The position numbers and the translations under genes are program-made. Positions 16,318 to 26,153 of a stretch of 64,000 bases of DNA are shown one piece after another. The stretch is from an uncultured virus (IMG/VR IMGVR_UViG_3300031627_000893). Taxonomy: Duplodnaviria > Heunggongvirae > Uroviricota > Caudoviricetes. The stretch lies in IMG/VR virus record IMGVR_UViG_3300031627_000893. One strand, given 5' to 3'. The notes under the pieces were generated by a model. It did no database searches, was not told the origin of the DNA, and was given only the letters and a program-made list of their open reading frames with translations. The first letter of the stretch is position 1. Every line of letters starts with the position of its first letter.

Positions 16318-16944
16318 ATGGAGGTTTTAAGCAGTCTTAGATCTAACGTCATTGGTATATCCGGTGTCGCTGGTAGCGGAAAAGATACATTCTATAAGCT
16401 TTTGCTAGAACACTGTAATGCTAGGAATATTAAATGCGCTAGATTCTCTTTAGCGGATAATCTTAAAAAAGATTTAAAACCATTTTGCGTTTCTAATTAC
16501 AAAATAAACCCCCTTAACTGCACGAGAAATGAGAAGGATACATTGAGACCCTTAATGGTATTTCACGGTGCTGCTATGAGGAGAATATCCAATGGGCGTC
16601 ATTGGATTAATAAGTCTCATAAGGAGATGAGCAATAAGAAGTATGAGAACCACTTGAAAGTCATTACAGATATAAGATATAACCAATATGACAAGGATGA
16701 GGTGCATTGGGTAAGGAAGGAGTTGGGGGGAGTTCTTGTTCACATAGGCCAATTTGGAGAATTCAAAAATTCAAAAACTGGAAAATTAGAAAAAGATTTT
16801 TTGTTTCCTGCTAATTTATACGAAGAAGTTTACGACCCTCAAATTAGTAAATTGGCTGATTACAATATCTCTTGGAAGACGGTATCCGATGTGATTGCGT
16901 TGTCTCCTCATATAAGAAAGTTCATGGGATGGATGAGAGAATAG
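16318..16944 (+). CDS. deoxynucleoside monophosphate kinase-like P-loop protein
   Basis: IGISGVAGSGKDT, SLADNLK, R..MVFHG, ITDIRY...E. Confidence 0.85.
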   Translation: MEVLSSLRSNVIGISGVAGSGKDTFYKLLLEHCNARNIKCARFSLADNLKKDLKPFCVSNYKINPLNCTRNEKDTLRPLMVFHGAAMRRISNGRHWINKSHKEMSNKKYENHLKVITDIRYNQYDKDEVHWVRKELGGVLVHIGQFGEFKNSKTGKLEKDFLFPANLYEEVYDPQISKLADYNISWKTVSDVIALSPHIRKFMGWMRE

Positions 16945-17594
16945 AAACACAACTAGAGTTATCTCTTAAAAAAGATAGCATACCTATAGAGAAGAAAACT
17001 AATTACGATGATGATTATGAATTGATATTACGAGTTAGGGACGAAGCTTGTTGTGAGAGTTTTGAGAAGTTAGTGGATAGACATACTGGGATAGTATATA
17101 AAATAATGGGTAAGTACAAAAGGTATATCCAGACCAATGGGCTTGACTTTGAGGAGATAAGAGAGGAAAAACAGTTTTTGCTGTACGAGTCCATACGGTC
17201 TTTTAATCCAGATAAAGGAGTTAAATTTTCTACTTGGGCGGGGAATCAGACCAGATACTTCTGTTTAAACAGAGTGAGAAAAGAAGCACGGAAAATTTTG
17301 GTTCCCGACGAAAAGATTAATTATTTTTTAGACAACACCGAAAGGGAGTCTATAATAGACTTTGAAGAGATAAAGGAGTTGGTTTTTTTTCTCTTATCAA
17401 AACTTAAAGACCCTAGAATGAAAAGGGTGTTTGAGTTAAGATATTTTAGTGGTTCGAGGAAGGTAGTCCCTTTCCATAAAATCGCTAAAGTTATGGAGGT
17501 CGCGCCCCAAACTGTGGTCAACCTTCATAACAAAGCAAAGAAAATGCTAGTGAGGAAAATTAAAACAGATAACCATAAAAGCGAAATACTATGA
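16929..17594 (+). CDS. second sigma70-family factor (divergent, regions 2 and 4)
   Basis: SIRSFNPDKGVKFSTWAGNQTRY; C-terminal HTH FELRYF...FHKIAKVM...QTVVNLH. Confidence 0.88.
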   Translation: MDERIETQLELSLKKDSIPIEKKTNYDDDYELILRVRDEACCESFEKLVDRHTGIVYKIMGKYKRYIQTNGLDFEEIREEKQFLLYESIRSFNPDKGVKFSTWAGNQTRYFCLNRVRKEARKILVPDEKINYFLDNTERESIIDFEEIKELVFFLLSKLKDPRMKRVFELRYFSGSRKVVPFHKIAKVMEVAPQTVVNLHNKAKKMLVRKIKTDNHKSEIL

Positions 17595-17899
17595 GTGAAC
17601 AAGGAAAAACTAACTGGGCAGATATCAAACTCGGAGCAGTCTGGGGACCTAAGCAAACTAAAAGTGGCAAAGAGCGTTTCGGCGGCACACTAAAAGTCTC
17701 TCAACTCAAGAAGTTTGTTTCCCAAATGACCGAAGAGGAAAAGGCGAAGGACGAACTCACGATTCAAATCTTCCCTAACACCAGCAAGAAACAGCAGAAT
17801 CATCCAGACATGGAGATTTACCGGAGTGAACCGATGGCAAAAAAAGACACGGTTAAAACTACGGATAGCTGGGGATCAGAAGCTGACAACGTAATGTAG
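17591..17899 (+). CDS. DUF736-like small protein (possible ssDNA-binding)
   Basis: LGAVW..TKSGKERFGG.L...IFPN..K....HPD..IY and an acidic tail. Confidence 0.5.
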   Translation: MSEQGKTNWADIKLGAVWGPKQTKSGKERFGGTLKVSQLKKFVSQMTEEEKAKDELTIQIFPNTSKKQQNHPDMEIYRSEPMAKKDTVKTTDSWGSEADNVM

Positions 17900-17905
17900 T
17901 CCACA

Positions 17906-19018
17906 ATGGAATTCGCATTCAATGTACCCATAAATGGGGTTTCTTTTGGCCAAGTTTCTATGGGTCTCCTTCGGGAGGCTCATAGAAGGTCCATGGAACC
18001 CTGCATCTTCCCTGTAAACCCTCAGAACGTAGATTTAGGTACGCAAAACACATCTCCTGAGTTCCAAAAGTGGCTCCAAGAATGCATAAATAAGTCTCTT
18101 GAGACCCATAAAAGGTCTACCCCAGTTTTTAAGCTGTGGCATTTAAACGGGTCAATGGAATCCGTAAGCGACAAACAGGTACTCTTCACTTTTTACGAGC
18201 TAGACCAACCCACGAAGACAGAGGTTAACATCGCTAGGAACTGCTCCAAAGTCCTTGTTAGTTCAAATCATACTAAATCTGTTTTTGAAAATAATGGATT
18301 AAGCAACGCTTCCTATGTCCCTCTCTATTTTGATTCGGATAACTTCGAAAGGAAGAATAAGAAGTATTTCTCTGATGACAGGATAACCTTTAACCTGATG
18401 GGTAAGCTAGAGAAAAGGAAGCATCACGGGAAAACCATTAAGGCTTGGGCTAAGCGTTTTGGTAGGGAGAAGTTCAAAAATGGAGAGCCCAAATACTGGC
18501 TACAGTGCGCTATATTTAATAATTTTCTAAAGCCAGAGGATAATAACGCTTTAATCAATCAATACCTAGAAGGAAAATCTTACTTTAACATTAACTTCTT
18601 GGGGTATATGGCTAAGAACGATTTGTATAATGACTATATAAACTCAGGAGACATAGCCATTGCTATGAGTGGGGGAGAAGGGTGGGGACTGCCAGAATTC
18701 CATTCGGTCGCGGTAGGAAAACATGCTGTCGTTCTTAACGCTCACTCTTATAAGGATTGGGCTAATGAATCTAATTCTGTTCTAGTAAACCCGAACGGAA
18801 ACGAAGAAGTGTACGATGGGATGTTCTTCCACAAGGGGAATAATTTTAATCAAGGGAATATATACGACTTCGACGAAGATGAGTTTATTGACGCTTGTGA
18901 GAAGGCAATTAAGAGAGTGGAAACGAGCAGAGTTAACGAAGAAGGATTTAAGCTACAAAAGGAATTCACTCTAAAAAGAACTTTCGATTCAATATTGTCT
19001 GAAATTGAACAAGCCTAA
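17906..19018 (+). CDS. glycosyltransferase, GT4/GT-B-like
   Basis: GKLEKRK and SGGEGWGLPEFHS. Confidence 0.85.
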   Translation: MEFAFNVPINGVSFGQVSMGLLREAHRRSMEPCIFPVNPQNVDLGTQNTSPEFQKWLQECINKSLETHKRSTPVFKLWHLNGSMESVSDKQVLFTFYELDQPTKTEVNIARNCSKVLVSSNHTKSVFENNGLSNASYVPLYFDSDNFERKNKKYFSDDRITFNLMGKLEKRKHHGKTIKAWAKRFGREKFKNGEPKYWLQCAIFNNFLKPEDNNALINQYLEGKSYFNINFLGYMAKNDLYNDYINSGDIAIAMSGGEGWGLPEFHSVAVGKHAVVLNAHSYKDWANESNSVLVNPNGNEEVYDGMFFHKGNNFNQGNIYDFDEDEFIDACEKAIKRVETSRVNEEGFKLQKEFTLKRTFDSILSEIEQA

Positions 19019-20078
19019 TGCAATTTTCTGGCCATTCAGATATTCAGTACACACGACATCTGAACACTTAGGCAATCTCGATTACTCTTGGGAGCCTAGG
19101 TTTATGTGGGTAGCACAAGCTCTCTTATCTGAAGGCTTCGAAGTCCTCCAACATAAAGATTTCATTTGCAACTTAGGGGAGGGAGTAAATGCATACGAGC
19201 CTCCTTTTGAAAAAAAAGCAGATGTAATAATATACAATCACTGCGAGTCTTCCGAGATTGAAGGCAGAATCCTTGATTCAAAACGTACATGGTTTTTCAA
19301 GCCAACAGTGCCAGACGCTCATCAAACCACCTTAGATGATTTAGGCTATGGATCTTATTCTTCCATAACATACGAAAAGCCCGATTTCGAATTATCAGAA
19401 AAAGAAAAGGTAGATTATTTTTTCGAGACTAGAGTATCCGAATGGATAAAATCTAATGGAACTAAATGGGGGACTCAGTATGCCCCCAAGGAAATAGAAG
19501 CTAATGATTACATTCTGGTGCTCGGACAATGTGGAGGCGATGCTGTTTTAACTCGCCAAGACTTTGGGAGCTATTTCCAAAAGTTGGACCTGATTGTTCG
19601 CAATATCCTTAGGTCCAGCGATAGGGACATAATTGTAAAACTCCACCCTTGGATGAATGGCCGAGACTGGAAAGAGGGAGACGCTGACCACAAGGCGGAA
19701 ACAGTCAAGGATCTAGAAAATTTATCTGAAAGAGTAAAAGTATTCGGCGATTTTTCTAGCATCCATTCTTTTGCTGAGAAATGTCATTGTGCATTTGTTG
19801 GCAATAGCGGGGCGGGTTTTGAGGTGATGATGCATAACAAACCTTTAATATCTTTTTGCCAACCTGAGTATCACTGGGTTACATATGATCTAAGGAAGTC
19901 TTGTGACGTTCGCATGTCCTTGCAGATTAATGATTGGTTCGACGAGGAGCTAAGCAGAAAGTTTCTTTACTGGTACATGGAAGAATACTGTTTTTACGAT
20001 CAAAAAACCGCTCGACTGCAAGTAAAGCGTCTACTCCAAAAGCCTCCTAAGAAATACCCTTGGCATATAAAAAAATAG
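19005..20078 (+). CDS. capsule polysaccharide biosynthesis (KpsS/KpsC-like) glycosyltransferase
   Basis: LVLGQ..GD, IVKLHP, NSGAGFEVMMHNKP. Confidence 0.75.
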   Translation: MNKPNAIFWPFRYSVHTTSEHLGNLDYSWEPRFMWVAQALLSEGFEVLQHKDFICNLGEGVNAYEPPFEKKADVIIYNHCESSEIEGRILDSKRTWFFKPTVPDAHQTTLDDLGYGSYSSITYEKPDFELSEKEKVDYFFETRVSEWIKSNGTKWGTQYAPKEIEANDYILVLGQCGGDAVLTRQDFGSYFQKLDLIVRNILRSSDRDIIVKLHPWMNGRDWKEGDADHKAETVKDLENLSERVKVFGDFSSIHSFAEKCHCAFVGNSGAGFEVMMHNKPLISFCQPEYHWVTYDLRKSCDVRMSLQINDWFDEELSRKFLYWYMEEYCFYDQKTARLQVKRLLQKPPKKYPWHIKK

Positions 20079-20112
20079 AAAAACTGACCCCTTAACCGAT
20101 AATCAACTAGAT

Positions 20113-20457
20113 ATGCCAATTTACTTATTTGAAAATTCTGACACAGATGAGGTCATAGAGGTCGTCCAGAGAATGGGAGACGCGCATGAGTACGTAGACG
20201 AAAACGGACTAAAGTGGGTGAGAGTTTGGACCAAGCCAACGGCCTCAACAGATTCGCACATTGATCCGTGGAACAAAAATCAATTTTTAGAAAAGACTAA
20301 AGCGACAGGAAAAGGAACGATGGGAGATATTTGGGATAGGTCGCAAGAGCTTAGTCAGAAAAGAGCGGAAAAAAATGGCGGGGTAGATCCCGTTAGGAAG
20401 AAATATGAGGGCAGATACTCTGAGGGTAGAAAAGGAAAGAGGAAAAGAGGTCGATAA
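20113..20457 (+). CDS. FmdB-like phage protein lacking the Cys ligands
   Basis: MPIYLFEN...EVIEVVQRM N-terminus and a basic C-terminus. Confidence 0.55.
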   Translation: MPIYLFENSDTDEVIEVVQRMGDAHEYVDENGLKWVRVWTKPTASTDSHIDPWNKNQFLEKTKATGKGTMGDIWDRSQELSQKRAEKNGGVDPVRKKYEGRYSEGRKGKRKRGR

Positions 20458-20472
20458 GTAATCCTCTTTTTT
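20443..20472 (+). terminator. putative intrinsic terminator
   Basis: AAAAGAGG...CCTCTTTTTT. Confidence 0.5.
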
Positions 20473-20588
20473 GCTTGAAAGGTTTAATCTGTCTCACGTA
20501 CACTTCAAGTCGTCTCAAGGAGGCAAAAAGTTCCATTCAGGAAATTTTAAGGCGAGACGGGTGTCTTTAAATGTAACTACTGGCAAAG

Positions 20589-23024
20589 ATGAACACGGAA
20601 ATTAATCACGTAAAAAAACGGAACGGTAGACTAGAGGAACTAGATATCTCAAAAATCAATCTTTGTGCGGAACGAGCCTGTGAAGGGATCAAGGATGTAT
20701 CGGCAAGTGAGGTAGTTTTAGATGCACACGTCCAGTTCTTTGATAAAATAACTACGAAGCAGATAGACGAATCCCTAATAATGTCTGCTAGGGCGAAGAT
20801 AGAGAAGGAGCCAAATTATTCTTATGTCGCAGCAAGGCTACTCCTTGCGAATATCCATAAAGAAGTTTTCAAAGAGTCTAGAGACAAGGACACATTCGAC
20901 TATCAATACAAAAAGAGTTTCATAAAAAACATTAAGCTTTTAGTGGAGAACGAAACCTTAGATCCGAGGCTCCTTGAGTTCGATCTTAAAAAACTTTCAG
21001 AGAGCATAGAGACAGAGAGGGATTTAAATTTTAAGTTCTTGGGGGTTCAATCTCTATATGATCGATACCTAATTAAGATAGATGGACATACTTACGAGTC
21101 GCCACAAGCGTTTTGGATGCGCGTGGCAATGGGATTATCGATAGATGAAGAGAAAAAAGAGGAGAGAGCAATTGAATTCTATAATGCCCTTTCGGAGTTT
21201 AGGCTGTGCTGCTCTACCCCTACTCTTTTTAATAGTGGCACTACGCACAGTCAGCTTTCTAGTTGCTATCTTAATACTTTTGACGATTCAATTGATGGAA
21301 TTTTTGATGGGCTATGGCAGGAAGCTAGGAAGTCGAAATTCGCTGGTGGATTGGGTTTTGATGTCAGTAACTTTAGAGCTTCAAATTCTTATGTTAAAGG
21401 AACTAATGGCAAATCGTCTGGGTTGGTTCCTTGGCTAAAAATATACAACGACACTTTAATCGCAGTTGACCAAGGAGGAAAAAGACCGGGAGCAGGTTGC
21501 GCTTACCTTGAGCCTTGGCATTTGGACATCGAAGACTTCCTAGAGCTTAAAAAAAACACGGGGGACGAGCGCAGGAGATGCCACGACATGAACACGGCAA
21601 ATTGGTTGCCCGACCTGTTCTTCAGGAGGATAAAAGAAAATGGTGATTGGTATTTATTCTCTCCTAGTGATGCTAGAGACCTTCACGAAAAGTATGGAGT
21701 GGATTTTGATCGTGCATACAAAGGATACTGTAAGAGGGCAGAAAATGGCGAAATAGAAAACTTCAGAAAGCTAAAAGCAAGGGACTTATGGAAGAAAATG
21801 CTCAAGTCCTTGTTTGAAACGGGCCATCCTTGGATCACTTTTAAGGATAACTCTAATCTAAGATACTCGAACGCTCACGAAGGAGTCATTCATAGCTCTA
21901 ACTTATGCACAGAAATCTTCCTCCACACTAAACACTCGACGTATAAGGAAGGAAAAAAAACCGGAATCGGAGAAACTGCCGTATGTAATTTAAGCTCCGT
22001 TAATCTACGTACGCATCTGGATGAAAATGGTAAATTAAACTTCGATCAACTCGCTAATACAATAGTAACGCAAATGCGGATGCTCGATAACGTAATAGAT
22101 ATAAATTTCTACCCCACAGACGAGTCAAGAAACTCGAACCTAAGGCATCGTCCTGTTGGAGCGGGGACTATGGGATGGGCTGATGTTTTTCATAGCTATA
22201 GAATAGACTTCTCCAGTGCGGACGCTGTTAAGTTTTCTGATGAGTTGTACGAGTTCATTTCGTATCACGCTATAATGAATTCGAGTAAGCTTTCAGAAGA
22301 AAGAGGAAGCTACTCGACTTACGAAGGTTCGCTGTGGAGCAAGGGCATTTTCCCAGCGGACACGTACAAAAGCTTAATGGAGTATCTCGGCGAAAAGCCT
22401 ATATCCCACAGAGGGAAAAAGTTTTGCCCAGAACTAAATTGGAAGGATTTAAAAAACGATGTTAAACGACACGGAATGCGGAATAGTAATACTATGGCAA
22501 TTGCTCCAACTGCAACCATTTCATATATACAAGGGTGTGCTCCATGCATTGAGCCAGACTTCTCTACTCTATTTACATACGAAAATAAGAGTGGGAACTT
22601 TCATATAGTAAACGAGTGGTTCGTTAAAGAATGCAAAGAATTAGGGATTTGGGGGCAATCACTTGTGGATGCAATTAAAGCCTCTGACGGAGACGTTAGC
22701 AATTTGCAATTACCGGACGAGTTGAAGAGTAGATTCAGGACATGCTTTGACCATGATCAACTCAAACTAATCGAATCGGCAGCGTGTAGACAAAAGTGGA
22801 TAGATATGGGTCAGAGTTTAAATCTCTTCTATTCTGGCAATTCTCTTAAAGAAATTAATCAACTGTACATGTTTGCTAGGTCTTGCGGGTTAAAGGCTAC
22901 ATATTATTTACGCACAAAATCCGCATCAAAAATTGAAAAATCTACAGTAGACATAGGCGACCAAGAAAAAGAGGAAGTGAAAGCCTGTAGTATCGTTGAT
23001 CCTACATGCGAAAGCTGCCAGTAA
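20589..23024 (+). CDS. nrdA: ribonucleotide reductase class I alpha subunit with ATP-cone
   Basis: VKKRNG ATP-cone, TPTLFNSG..QLSSC, SNLCTEI, AIAPTATIS, YYLR, C-terminal CESCQ. Confidence 0.97.
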   Translation: MNTEINHVKKRNGRLEELDISKINLCAERACEGIKDVSASEVVLDAHVQFFDKITTKQIDESLIMSARAKIEKEPNYSYVAARLLLANIHKEVFKESRDKDTFDYQYKKSFIKNIKLLVENETLDPRLLEFDLKKLSESIETERDLNFKFLGVQSLYDRYLIKIDGHTYESPQAFWMRVAMGLSIDEEKKEERAIEFYNALSEFRLCCSTPTLFNSGTTHSQLSSCYLNTFDDSIDGIFDGLWQEARKSKFAGGLGFDVSNFRASNSYVKGTNGKSSGLVPWLKIYNDTLIAVDQGGKRPGAGCAYLEPWHLDIEDFLELKKNTGDERRRCHDMNTANWLPDLFFRRIKENGDWYLFSPSDARDLHEKYGVDFDRAYKGYCKRAENGEIENFRKLKARDLWKKMLKSLFETGHPWITFKDNSNLRYSNAHEGVIHSSNLCTEIFLHTKHSTYKEGKKTGIGETAVCNLSSVNLRTHLDENGKLNFDQLANTIVTQMRMLDNVIDINFYPTDESRNSNLRHRPVGAGTMGWADVFHSYRIDFSSADAVKFSDELYEFISYHAIMNSSKLSEERGSYSTYEGSLWSKGIFPADTYKSLMEYLGEKPISHRGKKFCPELNWKDLKNDVKRHGMRNSNTMAIAPTATISYIQGCAPCIEPDFSTLFTYENKSGNFHIVNEWFVKECKELGIWGQSLVDAIKASDGDVSNLQLPDELKSRFRTCFDHDQLKLIESAACRQKWIDMGQSLNLFYSGNSLKEINQLYMFARSCGLKATYYLRTKSASKIEKSTVDIGDQEKEEVKACSIVDPTCESCQ

Positions 23025-23038
23025 TAAAAGGAAAAAAA

Positions 23039-24055
23039 ATGAGCAAGGATGGCATGTTATTCGGAGATGAGGTAGCTGGAGTTAACCAGATATTACCACA
23101 TAAGCACCCAAAGGTTTGGGATATGTTTTTAAAAGGCGTTGCCAATAGTTGGTCACCAGCGGAGGTGAACATGGGTAACGATATAAAACAATGGAAAGGA
23201 GAAGAGATTAGTCCTGATGAGAAGCTATTAGTAAGGAGGTGTTTGGGCTTTTTTGCTGGTAGCGAATCTTTAGTGGCTAATAATCTTCTTTTGACGGTGG
23301 CCAAATGGGTTACGGACGCGGAATGTAGACAGTATATCCTAAGACAAGCCTACGAGGAATCCCTTCATAATTGGACCGTAGTCACATGCTGCGATGCGTT
23401 CGGACTAAAAGAGTCGGAAGTTTTTGAGGCTTACATCAATATACCGTGCATAAAAGCAAAAGATGATTTTCTGATGCAAATAACAACGGACGTAAATAGA
23501 AGTGGCTTTACTACGAAAACGATAGAAGGGAAAAGAGAGTTCCTTAGGAATCTAATTTCTTACTACATAGTCTGCGAAGGGACGTTCTTCTTCAGCGGTT
23601 TTGCTATGCTCTTAGCCCTAGGTAGACAGAATAAATTAGTGGGGTTATCTGATCAAATCCGATATACGCTCAAGGATGAAAGCCTACATATTAAGTTCGG
23701 CACTTACTTGATCAACACCATTAAAGAGCAGTACCCATCGGTGTGGACAAAAAAATTCGCAGAAGAGACGACTGAACATATAATAAAAGCAGTAGATCTG
23801 GAAGTTCAATACGCTCACGATGTTTTACCGAATGGAATCCTAGGGCTTAATGCGGACATGTTCGTAGAGTACATGGGGTACATAGGTAACAGGAGACTAG
23901 ATGGAATCGGCCTAAAAAAGGTTTGGGGGGAATGCTCCAACCCCTTTCCGTGGTTGTCAGAAATAGTAGACACCGGAGCGATGACTAACTTCTTTGAGAG
24001 AAAAGTAAAAGATTACCAAAGCGTATCAGCATTGGAAGACGATCTTTTTGATTAG
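23039..24055 (+). CDS. nrdB: ribonucleotide reductase beta subunit, class Ic (R2c)-like
   Basis: FFAGSESLV, EESLHNWTV, EGTFFFSGF, DESLH, NFFERKVKDY. Confidence 0.93.
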   Translation: MSKDGMLFGDEVAGVNQILPHKHPKVWDMFLKGVANSWSPAEVNMGNDIKQWKGEEISPDEKLLVRRCLGFFAGSESLVANNLLLTVAKWVTDAECRQYILRQAYEESLHNWTVVTCCDAFGLKESEVFEAYINIPCIKAKDDFLMQITTDVNRSGFTTKTIEGKREFLRNLISYYIVCEGTFFFSGFAMLLALGRQNKLVGLSDQIRYTLKDESLHIKFGTYLINTIKEQYPSVWTKKFAEETTEHIIKAVDLEVQYAHDVLPNGILGLNADMFVEYMGYIGNRRLDGIGLKKVWGECSNPFPWLSEIVDTGAMTNFFERKVKDYQSVSALEDDLFD

Positions 24056-24067
24056 CAGAGGATTAAA

Positions 24068-24361
24068 GTGAGAAAGCATTTAGAAAAACTGAAAAAAGAT
24101 ATTACAGAAGGCTGCAAAGATGTTACAATCGAGTCAATAGATGGGTACGATTGTTATATCTTCGTAAACGAGCCAAAAAAAAGAGCTTGTTTGATCTTTT
24201 ACAACGAGGGATTGAACACTTACGAGTGTCAAAAAATAGACATTCTTTATAATTTCTGGGCGAAAGAGGAAGGCTTTGCCCCCGAGCAGAGGGCAAGTAA
24301 GCTACAAAACGAAATATTTAAGCCAATGCAGATTTCTTTGGTAAAAGAGTATTTAAAATAG
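24068..24361 (+). CDS. hypothetical protein
   Basis: 97-aa ORF with GTG start. Confidence 0.55.
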   Translation: MRKHLEKLKKDITEGCKDVTIESIDGYDCYIFVNEPKKRACLIFYNEGLNTYECQKIDILYNFWAKEEGFAPEQRASKLQNEIFKPMQISLVKEYLK

Positions 24362-24400
24362 TGTAAAGGCTTGTGGCACGAACTTTAAATTAAATTAAAT

Positions 24401-24736
24401 ATGGAAATTGACTTTCAATTCTTTGTTAATGTTTTAGTCGGGATCTTAACTGTCTTTTGTGGATATGTGCTAAGGACTATCAACGAAAAAGTAGCCTCTA
24501 TAGACAAAAAACATTCTGGTTACAACGACTATCAAGAAAAAGAGATTCAGAAAATGGGTGACCAGACTAGATGCGATTTTAAAGAACTAAACAAGAGAGT
24601 AACCGACATGGCAGTTTCTTTGCCCGATAAATATGTTACCAAAAGTGATTTCAGGGAATTCGTAGACGGGATTTTCTCAAGACTAGACCGACTAGAAAAT
24701 AAAATAGATTTTATCCACGACAAACATCACGACTAA
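24401..24736 (+). CDS. N-terminally membrane-anchored coiled-coil protein (holin/XhlA-like)
   Basis: FFVNVLVGILTVFCGYVL transmembrane segment; YVTKSDF...RLDRLENKID. Confidence 0.6.
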   Translation: MEIDFQFFVNVLVGILTVFCGYVLRTINEKVASIDKKHSGYNDYQEKEIQKMGDQTRCDFKELNKRVTDMAVSLPDKYVTKSDFREFVDGIFSRLDRLENKIDFIHDKHHD

Positions 24737-24774
24737 TAAGAATAATTTCTGAGGCGCAAATCCTTGTCACGCGC

Positions 24775-24814
24775 AACCCCTCGTAAGGCTCCCTCTGGCT
24801 TTACGGGGGGTTTT
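24775..24814. terminator. hairpin between convergent genes (bidirectional terminator candidate)
   Basis: AACCCCTCGTAAGGC...GCTTTACGGGGGGTTTT. Confidence 0.65.
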
Positions 24815-25152
24815 CAGTAACCATCTGTAGCTTTTATAATCTTTAATCCACTGATTAAGTCCGATACATTAGAAACAGTTATTCTATCGGTTATTAAAGA
24901 TCTTGGAAAATTGTGCTGCAAATCGACCCTTATTGCGTCCACATTGTCTTCTGGCGTGACAAAATCACATACAAAGTCTCTTGCCCCATGTTTTTTTAGA
25001 TATTTATAGTACAAATCTCTAAAATCTCTCTGAGATTCGATTACGACATCAAATGATAAATTTACTTTCGCAACACCTGTAAAATACCTGAAGTAAAGGA
25101 TTTCCGAAGGAGGTTCGGATAACTCAGCCACGATTAAGACAGTATCAATCAC
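24814..25152 (-). CDS. hypothetical protein (lone minus-strand gene)
   Basis: 112-aa ORF; GTGTAA lies 8 nt upstream of the GTG start. Confidence 0.6.
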   Translation of the reverse strand: MIDTVLIVAELSEPPSEILYFRYFTGVAKVNLSFDVVIESQRDFRDLYYKYLKKHGARDFVCDFVTPEDNVDAIRVDLQHNFPRSLITDRITVSNVSDLISGLKIIKATDGY

Positions 25153-25184
25153 TCTTAAATTTACACCGATTAGAAAGCATATAA

Positions 25185-26153
25185 ATGAAAATTCTATGGC
25201 CCGACATTCATGCGACCCTGACTAAGAGTATGGGGTCAGCCTTAAACAGCCTAGATTATGAGCTCCAAGTGCCATCTAACGAATACGAAATCAAGCACTT
25301 TCCTGAGCCTCCCGTTAACCAATTCGTATGGAACACGTCTTGGAGCCAGAACAAAATAGACGAAGAGTTCCCGACCAAAAATGTAAAAGCTGTAAGCAAA
25401 GAGGAGATACTCGACTGCCCTCCAGATGTAGTCTTCGTAACCGCGTTTGAGAATCAATTTGAAATTTTAGATGAGCTTTGGCCCATCCTAAAACAGAAAG
25501 GTACAAAACTTGCTTATTATAGTGGGAATGATTATTGGCCAGAAGCTTACCCTTGGTATTCGCTTGAAAATTACCTATGTGCCGACCAATTAGCCTTTCG
25601 ACTTTGCCGACACCATAACAAACATTTTCTTTACTATTGCCCGTGGATAGACTATGACCAGTTTTCGTTCACTGGTGTCAGTGATGGGAACAAATTTGGC
25701 TCGTACATAGCTGAATACAAGGAGAATTTCCCAAAGGAATACGAGTTTGTTACTGGCTTGTCTAGTAAGTTTGATTTTATAGATTTAGAAATACACTCTC
25801 ATTCTACTAAAGAAGAAACCTCTGAATGCATGTCGAATAGTATAGCCACCCTACACGTTAAGCATTTAGAGGGATACGGGTTCGCGATTATAGAAAGCAT
25901 GGCCAGAGGGCGACCAGTAATACTACACAAAAAATTTGCACAAGACAAAAGCTACGTACAGTGGGCTATAGAAAATGTCACCGCTCTGTATTTCGAGTCC
26001 GAAGATGAAATACACGCTAAAATGAAATCCATAATTGAATGCCAAGAATACAGGCATTGGCTTCAAACAGTCTGCTCTCAAGCGATAAGGTCCTTAGTTA
26101 ACAATCAGGAGCAAACCAATAATTTAAAAAAGTTTTTAAACGAGTTAAAATGA
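25185..26153 (+). CDS. glycosyltransferase, GT4-like
   Basis: EGYGFAIIESMARGRPVI. Confidence 0.85.
   Translation: MKILWPDIHATLTKSMGSALNSLDYELQVPSNEYEIKHFPEPPVNQFVWNTSWSQNKIDEEFPTKNVKAVSKEEILDCPPDVVFVTAFENQFEILDELWPILKQKGTKLAYYSGNDYWPEAYPWYSLENYLCADQLAFRLCRHHNKHFLYYCPWIDYDQFSFTGVSDGNKFGSYIAEYKENFPKEYEFVTGLSSKFDFIDLEIHSHSTKEETSECMSNSIATLHVKHLEGYGFAIIESMARGRPVILHKKFAQDKSYVQWAIENVTALYFESEDEIHAKMKSIIECQEYRHWLQTVCSQAIRSLVNNQEQTNNLKKFLNELK

Noticed and set aside
16051..16340. Short plus-strand ORFs of 75 and 67 aa
   Set aside because: No protein-like features; they overlap a densely base-paired region better explained as non-coding.
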